From assembly GCF_001194135.2 (NCBI RefSeq), contig NC_068982.1:128774906-128838905 (forward strand): a stretch of DNA of 64,000 nucleotides. Direction: 5' to 3'. The notes under the pieces are model-generated. The model was given only the letters and a program-made list of their open reading frames with translations, did no database searches and had not been told where the DNA came from. The translations under genes were made by a program, and so were the position numbers. Origin of the DNA: Octopus bimaculoides. Taxonomy: Eukaryota. This document shows, piece by piece, positions 56,301-62,542 of this stretch (positions are counted from its first letter, which is position 1; every line of letters starts with the position of its first letter).

Positions 56301-59300
56301 ATTTTTGATGCTCTGAAATGAAAATTAAAAATCAATGAATAAGCGTCTAACTATAAAAAGCAAAACTCAGATTTTACCAACATGTAAAAAAAATAATAAA
56401 AGGAAAAAAAAATTCATGATTCGGAATGAAATACTTACAGTTGGTTGAAGAACTTCTACAAATTCAGGTTTCTTCTGTTCTGGTTTGGCTTCCTTTGGTT
56501 TGTCTTCCCCAAGTGTGATAGTAGCTTCGCATTCAACTGAACCAGTGGAATTTGTAGCAACACACTTATAAACACCGACATCATTCTTAGTGAATTTAGT
56601 TGTTTTTAATACACATATAGTACCATCTTGAGTGATTTTGGTAAGTGTTGTTGGCTTAATTTCTTTGTTGTCTTTAAACCACTTAATGGTAGGCTTTGGT
56701 TCGCCTGTTACCTTACATTTCAGTTCCAATGGTTCATTCAATTTGATAGTGGCTGATGTGAAGATTTCTTCAAATTCAGGTTTGCGTGTCTTAGGCTTTT
56801 CTTCCTCAAGTGTAATAGTAGCTTCGCATTCAACTGAACCAGTGGAATTTGTAGCAATACACTTGTAAACACCCACATCATTCTTAGTGAATTTACTGGT
56901 TTTTAGAGTACATATAGTGCCATCTTGAGCAATCTTGGTAAGTGATGTTGGCTTAATTTCTTTGTTGTCTTTAAACCACTTAATGGTAGGCTTTGGTTCG
57001 CCTGTTACCTTACATTTCAGTTCCAATGGTTCATTCAATTTGATATTGGCTGATGTGAAGATTTCTTCAAATTCAGGTTTGCGTTCCTTAGGCTTTTCTT
57101 CATCAAGTGTTATTGTTGCTTCACATTCAACAGAACCAGTGGAGTTTGTAGCAATACACTTGTAAACACCCACATCATTCTTAGTGAATTTGTTAGTTTT
57201 CAGAGTGTATACTGAGCCATCTTGAATAATTTTGGTGAGAGAGGTTTGTTTGATTTCCTTGTTGTCTTTAAACCACTTAATGGTAGGCTTTGGTTCACCT
57301 GTTACCTTACATTTCAGTTCCAATGGTTCGTTCAATTTGATATTGGCTGATGTAAAGATTTCTTCAAATTCAGGTTTGCGTTCCTTAGGCTTTTCTTCAT
57401 CAAGTGTAATAGTAGCTTCGCATTCAACAGAACCAGCAGTGTTTGTGACAACACACTTGTAAACACCAACATCATTCTTTGTGAATTTATTGGTTTTTAA
57501 AGTACACACTTCACCATCTTGAATAATTTTGGTAAGTGTGGTTGGCCTGATTTCTTTTCCATTCCTAAAAAAATATATAATTTTCTTGTATAACTACATA
57601 AACTATAATTTTCTTACATAACTACATAAGATATAGGAATATAAAGACTATATATCTATAATAAATATTAATTTATTTCAAATGGTAAGCAAATGAGTTT
57701 TGTTTTCCCATTATTAAATTTTTAAGAGAATATATGTCAATTCTAATATAATTATTAGTCATTTTCTCAGGGCTATTCATCACTGAGGAGGCTAAATCAG
57801 GCCAAAACACCAATGTCTGATGATCCCCTGATGTCATTTTTAAGACTCAAATTCCCTTAAGAGAAGTTTCTCTGAAACAAAATATTACAGCTAGAACTGT
57901 TCTATACTTGTATAAACACAGTAACTGTCACACACACCATTATTTTAATCTAATGCTGTTTCAAGTGTGTATATTTAATTTAAACTTGTCCAGCTTCAGC
58001 ACAAATCAATAACTGTTTTGTTTCTGATTTCTATATTGGAACTGGCATCTGATGATTTGCTGATAAGGAGTCTCTCTAAGATAGCTAGTGCCATTCTCTT
58101 TTTCTATGCACATTTTGTTATACATATAGTTATTTTAATTTAATACTGTTTCAAGTATGTATGCTGAGAGAAGTTATAGCCTTAAAACAATTATCAGGTT
58201 TTATGAAACTTTGAATGATGAAACTGGACTAGATTACAAACAGAAGACTTTTATAACCAAATGTATTCATAGGGTCGGAATGAAAATACATTTTAAGAAA
58301 AAACATGAATGACAACAGACACTAACCATGAAAATAAATTATAAGTTGATTATATTTGAAGAAAAAACCTTCCTATTTCATTCATTATCATAATTCTCTT
58401 TAAATAAGTGTTGGTTGTGTTTATTCTTTATATCTTAATATTTCTATTCTTTCAAGTCAGAATTGAGATTGAAACTTTAATTTAAATTCTTGTAAAAAGC
58501 TACATTAATAAGATGATACTCACTTAAACCACTTGACAGTTGGCTTTGGTTCACCACTGAATTTGCACTTCAATTCCATACTGTCACTAACTTTGAAAGA
58601 CTAAAAAAAAAAATAGACATAATATATAAATACAAATATAACATAATGATAATACAATAAATATAATCAATAAAGAAATTATTAAATTGTGAAGAAGTTT
58701 TAAAATGTTTATAATGTTACTTACGGCTGAGTTAAATACCTCTTCAAGGACTGGTTTCTTCTTTAGGTCCTTTTTCTCTGTAAATTTACAAAGTGTATAA
58801 GTGTGAGAAAGCAATTGCAAAGCTATGAAAGAAATTAACATCAAATTGTTCATCATAAAATACAGAAAATTTATAATAATGGAAGTTTTTGCTGCTTCCC
58901 AATTCAGAGTCAAACAAAAGCATTCATACTTGTTTGGAAATAGATGAAACATACCTGTGACTTTGACTTTACATGAAGTTGAAGACGAACCAACATTGTT
59001 AGTTGCTTTACATGTATATTCAGCAGTGTCTTGTTTTGTAACTTTATGGATGGTCATTGTATGAGTGGTTTCAGAACTTTCAATTGTGAAATGTTCAGAT
59101 GGTTTAATTTGAACACCATTTTTGTACCTAGAAAGAAAGATGTTTAAACAGTTAATTTTTGTACGGGGTTATGAGTATCCACATTACTAAAAATATTATT
59201 AACATGAATGATTAAAGAATAAAAATGAAAACAAGAAAATATTTCACATTTATTTTACAATTTGAAATGCTTTATACAAAATCACCAACATAACAATTAA

Positions 59301-60300
59301 GATAATATTGGTTGGTTTAAGAAGTAAACCTATAAGTTTTTCCCAGAGCCAACTATTTACAATATAGACAAGAAACTTAGACAAAGCTAACTAAAAAATA
59401 TTATTTATAGCAACATAGACCTTGAAAACTTCCTCCAGCTTATTATCATCCAATATCAAAATATAGCCACTATACATACAAAAGAAACACACAGTATTTC
59501 ACTTACAATAGTATCTAACAATATACAGCTAAATAACCATCAAATTCTGATTAACTTTCATGGGGTAAATGCTTGTATAATATAGTAAACAAGATCCCAA
59601 AAATTAGGCATTATATTTTGGTCCAGAAACAACTTTCCCTCTGAGCAATTGCTGATTCACTACAAAGTAAAAATGAACCCCACATTGAACAATGCCATCA
59701 TGTCTTAGACACAACAGCTGTGACAGAACTATTTGAGATGAAACAGGTGGGAAAGTTTTCAGTTCAACAATTTTACATAGTTACTACCTCACTGATGTTT
59801 TGTGTCATCTCCTTATGTACCTTCTACAGTAACTATAATGGTCTCCCTTCTTCTGAAACAACAAACTGTAGAAAAATAGTGCACATACCTATTCCCATTC
59901 CCTCTGACTTACTGCCCTACATTAGATATAATATCTAATCTTCAGGAATTGCATTTGTTTGAATCTCCCTCCCTGTCCATATTTTTTCTACAGACATCAA
60001 TTGATGGTATATAAACTGATTACCAATAGTATTGTAAAACTGATTACAGAAGTATATACAAGAATACAGAATAAATAATCATATTAAAAAGACTGATAAC
60101 TTGATACTATATATACTAACATGATTTTATTCTAAGCTTATAAGGAAAACAACTTACCATGTTATTTCAGGACTTGGAGCTCCTTCAGTCATGACAGTAA
60201 ACTGAACATCAGTTCCTTCATCTGGTTGTTTATCATCCAATTTTTTGGTGAATGAAGGAGCAATTGTAAATTCAGCAGTAACATCTTGTAGATCTTGTTC
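220..60300 (-). CDS. Giant Ig/FN3 muscle protein, titin/connectin-like (titin-twitchin family); 58 exons, 32 Ig + 10 FN3 domains, partial at both ends
   Basis: Hand-traced GT-AG exons with compatible phases; core exons total 12,643 nt (phase 0 in, phase 1 out). Translations show Ig motifs (W..G, D.G.Y.C) and FN3 motifs (W.PP..DGG..I..Y, Y.FRV.A.N..G). Family assignment is from domain content; exact ortholog not established. Confidence 0.93.
900..1050 (-). mobile_element. Decayed SINE fragment related to the 35423-35735 element
   Basis: Reverse complement resembles the 35423 element body (cttgtcacact...tacat.aaggg.aca...tgtt/gctcagcca...catgttaa). Confidence 0.5.
1266..1565 (-). CDS. e57: FN3 domain
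   Basis: ttcag|...|gtaag, 300 bp, phase 1-1; [36 protein letters not shown]...[10 protein letters not shown]. Confidence 0.93.
1886..2191 (-). CDS. e56: FN3 domain
   Basis: ctcctag|...|gtgag, 306 bp; [31 protein letters not shown]...[10 protein letters not shown]. Confidence 0.93.
4029..4334 (-). CDS. e55: FN3 domain
   Basis: atttag|...|gtaatt, 306 bp; [37 protein letters not shown]...[10 protein letters not shown] (correct frame absent from the ORF track). Confidence 0.92.
4574..4861 (-). CDS. e54: Ig domain
   Basis: 288 bp, phase 1-1; [38 protein letters not shown]...[14 protein letters not shown]. Confidence 0.93.
5278..5450 (-). CDS. e53: Ig domain, C-terminal half
   Basis: tttcag|...|gtgagt, 173 bp, phase 2-1; (W)[46 protein letters not shown]. 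Confidence 0.92.
5843..5915. repeat. (CA)n(TA)n microsatellite
   Basis: Direct reading. Confidence 0.95.
5918..6050 (-). mobile_element. SINE family B, partial head
   Basis: Shares accaaattcact.acaag...ctatagtagaagacac with the 23293, 41168 and 54151 copies. Confidence 0.6.
6236..6347 (-). CDS. e52: Ig domain, N-terminal half
   Basis: 112 bp, phase 1-2; [37 protein letters not shown], split in the Trp codon TG|G. Confidence 0.92.
6705..7010 (-). CDS. e51: FN3 domain
   Basis: 306 bp; [30 protein letters not shown]...[12 protein letters not shown]. Confidence 0.93.
7380..7682 (-). CDS. e50: FN3 domain
   Basis: 303 bp; [30 protein letters not shown]...[12 protein letters not shown]. Confidence 0.93.
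8127..8429 (-). CDS. e49: FN3 domain
   Basis: 303 bp; [30 protein letters not shown]...[10 protein letters not shown]. Confidence 0.93.
9184..9408 (+). mobile_element. SINE family A (3' portion)
   Basis: ggcatgtaaaaagcac...ggagtggttggtgttaggaagggcatccagctgtagaaac...ccaactcatgccagcatggaaagc, repeated elsewhere in the window. Confidence 0.85.
9860..10147 (-). CDS. e48: Ig domain
   Basis: 288 bp; [38 protein letters not shown]...[14 protein letters not shown]. Confidence 0.93.
10297..10430 (-). mobile_element. SINE family C, decayed fragment
   Basis: Similar to the 13055 copy (gtactt..attt.atc.a..cgaaa.g..gaaa.g.aaa). Confidence 0.55.
10555..10680 (-). mobile_element. SINE family B, decayed head
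   Basis: ccaattccactcataagg...gactatagcaggagacacttgctcaagg, matching the other family B copies. Confidence 0.6.
10948..11120 (-). CDS. e47: Ig domain, C-terminal half
   Basis: 173 bp, phase 2-1; (W)[46 protein letters not shown]. Confidence 0.92.
11236..11350 (-). CDS. e46: Ig domain, N-terminal half
   Basis: 115 bp, phase 1-2; [38 protein letters not shown]. Confidence 0.92.
11457..11533. other. Assembly gap (77 N) inside a TA/CA microsatellite
   Basis: Run of N. Confidence 0.99.
11590..11705 (+). mobile_element. SINE family A, 3' fragment
   Basis: tccaacccatgccagtatggaaagtggatgtaaaac followed by an (atg/ata)n tail. Confidence 0.65.
12138..12443 (-). CDS. e45: FN3 domain
   Basis: 306 bp; [30 protein letters not shown]...[12 protein letters not shown]. 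Confidence 0.93.
13055..13247 (-). mobile_element. tRNA-derived SINE family C, well-preserved copy
   Basis: Minus strand begins ggcgagctggtagaaacgttaac (A-box-like) and ends gggccttgtgcctagagtagaaaag; decayed paralogs at 10297, 62085 and 62305. Confidence 0.8.
13684..13986 (-). CDS. e44: FN3 domain
   Basis: 303 bp; [30 protein letters not shown]...[12 protein letters not shown]. Confidence 0.93.
14135..14610. repeat. (ATT)n/(ACT)n low-complexity cluster
   Basis: Direct reading. Confidence 0.9.
15369..15475. mobile_element. Small fold-back (MITE-like) element
   Basis: 28-bp inverted arms 15369-15396 and 15448-15475, 22/28 complementary. Confidence 0.5.
16245..16541 (-). CDS. e43: FN3 domain (first FN3 of the protein in this window)
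   Basis: 297 bp; [30 protein letters not shown]...[12 protein letters not shown]. Confidence 0.93.
17295..17579 (-). CDS. e42: Ig domain preceding the first FN3
   Basis: 285 bp; [38 protein letters not shown]...[14 protein letters not shown]. Confidence 0.93.
17692..17961 (-). CDS. e41: Ig domain (distal tandem)
   Basis: 270 bp; [36 protein letters not shown]...[10 protein letters not shown]. Confidence 0.92.
18830..19096 (-). CDS. e40: Ig domain (distal tandem)
   Basis: 267 bp; [35 protein letters not shown]...DDEANYEF. Confidence 0.93.
20292..21248. other. Assembly gap (957 N)
   Basis: Run of N after a (TA)n tract. Confidence 0.99.
22011..23081 (-). CDS. e39: putative large unique (non-Ig) exon, 357 aa, D/Q/K/N-rich with YGQ hexapeptide repeats; alternatively a terminal exon reading to the stop at 21949
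   Basis: 387-aa stop-free frame in AT-rich DNA; strong phase-1 acceptor ttattttttcag| at 23081 in the same frame; weak phase-1 donor A|GTATTA at 22011 gives 1,071 bp (multiple of 3). Confidence 0.68.
22057..22188 (-). repeat. 18-bp coding tandem repeat, 7 full units plus partial, encoding (S/R)A(E/G)YGQ
   Basis: Plus-strand units ttggccatattctgcact and ttggccatatcctgctct. Confidence 0.95.
23293..23710 (-). mobile_element. tRNA-derived SINE family B
   Basis: Minus-strand head ggcatggctgtgtgatagg (A-box-like), internal CA/TA tract; paralogs at 41168 and 54151. Confidence 0.8.
24464..24730 (-). CDS. e38: Ig domain (distal tandem)
   Basis: 267 bp; [35 protein letters not shown]...[10 protein letters not shown]. 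Confidence 0.93.
25398..25664 (-). CDS. e37: Ig domain (distal tandem)
   Basis: 267 bp; [35 protein letters not shown]...MDEADYSC. Confidence 0.93.
26271..26537 (-). CDS. e36: Ig domain (distal tandem)
   Basis: 267 bp; [35 protein letters not shown]...DDKAEYTC. Confidence 0.93.
26775..27044 (-). CDS. e35: Ig domain (distal tandem)
   Basis: 270 bp; [35 protein letters not shown]...DDQEEYTC. Confidence 0.93.
27976..28254 (-). CDS. e34: Ig domain (distal tandem)
   Basis: 279 bp; [36 protein letters not shown]...SDDGLYSC. Confidence 0.92.
31097..31325 (-). mobile_element. SINE family A (3' portion), inverted relative to the other copies
   Basis: Reverse complement of ccaactcatgccagcat...acggacgttaaatgac and aggaagggtgtccaacc. 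Confidence 0.82.
31355..31590. repeat. Degenerate ~42-bp minisatellite, ~5-6 units
   Basis: Unit ctccatgaggcccaa.rct.raaaggaactcagccactttgc, some units truncated. Confidence 0.85.
33668..33937 (-). CDS. e33: Ig domain (distal tandem)
   Basis: 270 bp; [35 protein letters not shown]...SDAGTVLAC. Confidence 0.92.
34956..35222 (-). CDS. e32: Ig domain (distal tandem)
   Basis: 267 bp; [35 protein letters not shown]...TDECEVTA (correct frame absent from the ORF track). Confidence 0.91.
35343..35408. repeat. (TG)n microsatellite
   Basis: Direct reading. Confidence 0.95.
35423..35735 (+). mobile_element. tRNA-derived SINE family D
   Basis: Pol III A box TGGCCCAGTGG (35436-35446) and B box GGTTTCAATTCC (35479-35490), followed by ~240 bp of non-tRNA body. 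Confidence 0.8.
36148..36406 (-). CDS. e31: Ig domain (first after the charged insert)
   Basis: 259 bp, phase 0-1; [33 protein letters not shown]...KDEGAVSC. Confidence 0.9.
36834..37028 (-). CDS. e30: K/E/D-rich charged insert
   Basis: tttttag|...|gtgag, 195 bp, phase 0-0; [40 protein letters not shown]...KTVKKT. Confidence 0.88.
37406..37571 (-). CDS. e29: E-rich charged insert
   Basis: tatgtag|...|gtaag, 166 bp, phase 2-0; [55 protein letters not shown] (absent from the ORF track). Confidence 0.87.
37756..38088. mobile_element. Element with 42-bp inverted repeats (MITE-like or fold-back)
   Basis: Arms 37756-37797 and 38047-38088, 35/42 complementary, all seven differences are transitions. 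Confidence 0.6.
38231..38340. repeat. (GATA)n tetranucleotide microsatellite
   Basis: Direct reading. Confidence 0.97.
38482..38767 (-). CDS. e28: Ig domain with WSKGKW motif plus start of the insert
   Basis: ttaag|...|gtaaa, 286 bp, phase 1-2; [39 protein letters not shown]...TNEHG...DWKAGLKH. Confidence 0.91.
39060..39218 (+). mobile_element. SINE family A, 3' fragment
   Basis: gttggcattaggaaggcatccagccatagaaacc...caacccttcccagcatgaaa. Confidence 0.75.
39233..39459 (-). CDS. e27: Ig C-terminal half plus start of the next Ig
   Basis: 227 bp, phase 2-1; (W)[15 protein letters not shown]...[33 protein letters not shown]. Confidence 0.91.
39622..39733 (-). CDS. e26: Ig N-terminal half
   Basis: 112 bp, phase 1-2; [37 protein letters not shown]. 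Confidence 0.91.
40186..40358 (-). CDS. e25: Ig C-terminal half
   Basis: 173 bp, phase 2-1, AAG acceptor; (W)[15 protein letters not shown]...[15 protein letters not shown]. Confidence 0.9.
41168..41498 (-). mobile_element. tRNA-derived SINE family B
   Basis: tgtttcagtcattagac...ctatagtagaagaccc...ccacacagccac. Confidence 0.8.
41711..41825 (-). CDS. e24: Ig N-terminal half
   Basis: 115 bp; [38 protein letters not shown]. Confidence 0.91.
42020..42420 (-). mobile_element. Composite decayed SINE with a family B head
   Basis: ctaccaaatccattcacaaggctttggttgacc at ~42275-42310 matches family B; the rest is diverged. Confidence 0.55.
42535..42834 (-). CDS. e23: Ig domain
   Basis: 300 bp; [38 protein letters not shown]...[15 protein letters not shown]. 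Confidence 0.93.
42996..43162 (-). CDS. e22: Ig C-terminal half (167-bp class)
   Basis: phase 2-1; [26 protein letters not shown]...[10 protein letters not shown]. Confidence 0.92.
43501..43577 (-). CDS. e21: Ig middle exon (77-bp class)
   Basis: phase 0-2; [25 protein letters not shown]. Confidence 0.9.
44358..44620 (+). mobile_element. SINE family A (3' portion) with (GAT)n tail
   Basis: gtggcatgtaaaaagcacc...ccaacccatgccagcatggaaaattgacgttaaac then gatgctgatg. Confidence 0.87.
45020..45099 (-). CDS. e20: linker plus Ig A-strand
   Basis: 80 bp, phase 1-0; [26 protein letters not shown]. Confidence 0.87.
46459..47279 (-). CDS. e19: 821-bp exon with one half and two full Ig domains
   Basis: phase 2-1; [10 protein letters not shown]...[27 protein letters not shown]...; repeat spacing 312 bp. 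Confidence 0.93.
47375..47545 (+). mobile_element. SINE family A, 3' fragment
   Basis: gagtggttggcattaggaaacgcatccagccatagaaacc...gacattaagtgatgatgatg. Confidence 0.78.
47593..47669 (-). CDS. e18: Ig middle exon (77-bp class)
   Basis: [25 protein letters not shown]. Confidence 0.9.
48070..48107 (-). CDS. e17: 38-bp micro-exon (Ig A-strand)
   Basis: ttaacag|...|gtaag, phase 1-0; [12 protein letters not shown]. Confidence 0.88.
48923..49089 (-). CDS. e16: Ig C-terminal half (167-bp class)
   Basis: [26 protein letters not shown]...[10 protein letters not shown]. Confidence 0.92.
49440..49800 (-). mobile_element. Decayed LINE ORF2 fragment (CR1/L2/Jockey group, region downstream of RT)
   Basis: Minus frame [27 protein letters not shown] resembles the LYK..IRP.LEYCS..W motif; in-frame stops. 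Confidence 0.7.
50075..50151 (-). CDS. e15: Ig middle exon (77-bp class)
   Basis: [25 protein letters not shown]. Confidence 0.9.
50396..50433 (-). CDS. e14: 38-bp micro-exon
   Basis: [12 protein letters not shown], phase 1-0. Confidence 0.88.
50814..50980 (-). CDS. e13: Ig C-terminal half (167-bp class)
   Basis: [26 protein letters not shown]...[10 protein letters not shown]. Confidence 0.92.
51090..52080 (+). mobile_element. Decayed LINE ORF2 with a reverse transcriptase remnant (CR1/L2/Jockey group)
   Basis: [25 protein letters not shown]...IS*IKCFL (cf. LDISKAFD.V.H..LL.KL..Y) and [19 protein letters not shown] (cf. GVPQGSVL.P.LF..YIND); frameshifts and stops. Confidence 0.8.
52292..52368 (-). 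CDS. e12: Ig middle exon (77-bp class)
   Basis: [25 protein letters not shown]. Confidence 0.9.
52602..52639 (-). CDS. e11: 38-bp micro-exon
   Basis: [12 protein letters not shown], phase 1-0. Confidence 0.88.
53383..53549 (-). CDS. e10: Ig C-terminal half (167-bp class)
   Basis: [25 protein letters not shown]...[10 protein letters not shown]. Confidence 0.92.
54151..54539 (-). mobile_element. tRNA-derived SINE family B
   Basis: Minus-strand head aggtgcaggcatggctgtgtggtaag...ggttcaatctc (A- and B-box-like). Confidence 0.85.
54593..54669 (-). CDS. e9: Ig middle exon (77-bp class)
   Basis: [25 protein letters not shown]. Confidence 0.9.
54775..54812 (-). CDS. e8: 38-bp micro-exon
   Basis: [12 protein letters not shown], phase 1-0. 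Confidence 0.88.
55184..55350 (-). CDS. e7: Ig C-terminal half (167-bp class)
   Basis: [26 protein letters not shown]...[10 protein letters not shown]. Confidence 0.92.
56236..56312 (-). CDS. e6: Ig middle exon (77-bp class)
   Basis: [25 protein letters not shown]. Confidence 0.9.
56439..57564 (-). CDS. e5: 1,126-bp exon with one half and three full near-identical Ig domains
   Basis: phase 2-0; 297-bp (99-aa) tandem units [50 protein letters not shown]... Confidence 0.94.
58524..58600 (-). CDS. e4: Ig middle exon (77-bp class)
   Basis: [25 protein letters not shown]. Confidence 0.9.
58725..58777 (-). CDS. e3: linker plus Ig A-strand
   Basis: 53 bp, phase 1-0; [17 protein letters not shown]. 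Confidence 0.88.
58955..59127 (-). CDS. e2: Ig C-terminal half
   Basis: 173 bp, phase 2-1; (W)[46 protein letters not shown]. Confidence 0.92.
59450..60010 (+). mobile_element. Decayed LINE ORF2 C-terminal fragment
   Basis: [30 protein letters not shown] and [12 protein letters not shown] resemble the post-RT region of CR1/L2-type ORF2. Confidence 0.65.
60158..60300 (-). CDS. e1 (first traced in the window): linker plus Ig N-terminal half
   Basis: tgtatag|...|gtaag, 143 bp, phase 0-2; [48 protein letters not shown]; upstream exon not found within the window. Confidence 0.9.
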
Positions 60301-61889
60301 CTATACAAAATATTTAATTATAGTTGTTTAAATTGCATAAAAGGAAGTATGAAAATTAAAATCATCAAATGTGAACCAAATTATTTTGCTGTTCAAGAAA
60401 TAAGATATGGTAAAATATAATTGTAAATCTAAAGATAAAATGAAACGTTATTACAATTTCACTTGAATTCAGTAAAGAAATCATTATATAGATTTGTATT
60501 ATGAATTATAATGTAGTCTGAGATGAAGAGATGAAAAACCTTTGAGTATAGGTTTAACTAATCAAGAGTGACCTGGGTCTAAAGAATTTCAATAAAGGGT
60601 GAATTTGTAACATCCTTAAGAAGACCTAAACATGAAACCATGAAATTCAATAAAACTGTCCAACAATTTTGGGTGTCATACTTAACTTCATGCATGTATT
60701 TTACTAATTACTATGAAAAATAAATGCATGAATTTTGAAAACTCAGTTGACTGATGTATTGAAGATGACTTAAATAGCATTGTTTTTTGCCTTTTTTTTA
60801 CTGGGTTGGCTAGAGAACAGGGTTGTGCTCATAACCCCTTTGGGTACTCTGAGGCCCAAAGAGGCCAGTAAGATTAATTTGATAGAATCGTTGCAAGCTA
60901 TATTTACAAATATTAATTAGTTAAACGTTAGAGGTAAAGAGCCATTATCATTTTCTAGTTTGTGGCAATTACATTAAGGATTCCTTGACTGACAGTATAA
61001 TGAAATCCCAACAGCAAAATATGATACTATATATCACTGAAATAAAGTAAATGTAAAGGGGATTAATTTTAAATAATTCAGTAATTAATACTTATTCTAG
61101 AAACAACCTAAACCATACCAAATGAAAAAGTTGTTATAATACTGACAATTTATAACAACCTGAATAAGTTAAAATTTGAAGCACTGAATGATTCTCATAA
61201 ATAAATTCTCAAATAACTGAAATTTACCTCTTAGTTGTAGAAGGAAAGCAAAAGTCTAGCAGTTATGGTTAGTTATTCTAAACAGGAAGAAAATTGTAAT
61301 AAATTAAGTTTGCTCTTTGTTTGCAGGCAAGTGGACAATTGCAGACATGTTTTTGTTTATATAGTCTACACAAGCATACTTTGATCAGTTGATAGAAGTT
61401 TCTGTATAAAGAAATGTGTTTTTAATGTTTTTAATGATATATTTTGCATATATCATTCAGTACACCACACCTTAACTTTTTTAACTAAATTCATGTCATT
61501 AGCCCACTTAAGTTATCTCTTTTTATTCATTTTATTTTATTTTAAATTTTTATGAAACTGGCTAAATTACGAGTAGAGTTTCTGTTAAATATCACTGGGT
61601 ACTAAACAGACCTAATGCTTAAAAAAGAAAAAGGATTTTAGTAGAATTATAGATGTATTGTTTATTTCTTTCTTGGAGTCTGTAATGCAAAAACAGTTGA
61701 ATATCAATTGCAGAATATGCTATGAACTTCATATAGAAGATGCATAGGGATAATGAAAATGTTAGATATTGAGCTCAAGCATTGTCAAAGCAACTGAGTG
61801 AAACAAGTGTCAAATATAACAGTGTGAACTTCATGTTGACAGAAAGAAAATGAGGACAGAAGAAAAATCTGAGGTATAGATAGGCAACA

Positions 61890-61975
61890 GATGACGATGA
61901 TGATGATGAGGAGGATGAAGCAGAAGAAGAAGAAGAAGAAGAAGAAAAAGAAGAAGAAGAAGAAGAAGAAGAATG
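61890..61975. repeat. (GAT)n/(GAA)n microsatellite
   Basis: Direct reading. Confidence 0.95.
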
Positions 61976-62084
61976 AGATAATGAAATATGAATTTTAAAA
62001 ATTATGGCAAAATATTTTTTTTTAAATTAAAAGTAAAATGACTAAATAAAAAGACAGAATAATATTAATATGATTTTTCACATA

Positions 62085-62495
62085 AGTACAAGGCTTCTTA
62101 TTTGCGAGTAAGGGATAGTTGATTAAATACATCCCAATATTTGACTGACACTTATTTTATCAATTTTAAATGGATGAAAGGGAAAAAAATCAACCCTACT
62201 GTGGTTTGAACTCACAGGATAAAGGACAAGAAGCAAATATGGCAAGGCCTTTTGTCCATTTTGATTCTGTTAACCTCTGCCTCATGATGATGATGATGAT
62301 GATACTTGCTTCTGATTTAGGCAGAAGACCAGCAATTTTGAGGTAGTTGATACCATCAACCATAGTACTTGACTGATATTTTATTTTGTTTATTAACCCC
62401 AGAAGGATGAAAGGCAAAATTGACCTTAAAGATATTTGAACTCAGAATATAAAGAGCTGGAACAAATACCACAAAGTATTTTTTTCCAGTATTCC
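62085..62495 (-). mobile_element. Two adjacent decayed SINE family C copies
   Basis: Each has ggatgaaagg.aaa...tttgaactca.a.ata/gtaaag; separated by a (GAT)n tract. Confidence 0.6.
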
Positions 62496-62542
62496 AAAAG
62501 AGACAGTGAAAGAGGAAGAGAAAGAGGGAGTAGAGAGGACAA

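Noticed and set aside
46539-57462. Repeated plus-strand ORFs ([23 protein letters not shown]...)
   Set aside because: Antisense shadows of the Ig repeat exons.
220-60300. Assigning a definite symbol (unc-22/twitchin, bt/projectin, sls or TTN)
   Set aside because: The kinase and both termini lie outside the window, and the domain order does not match the twitchin Fn-Fn-Ig core; orthology needs phylogeny.
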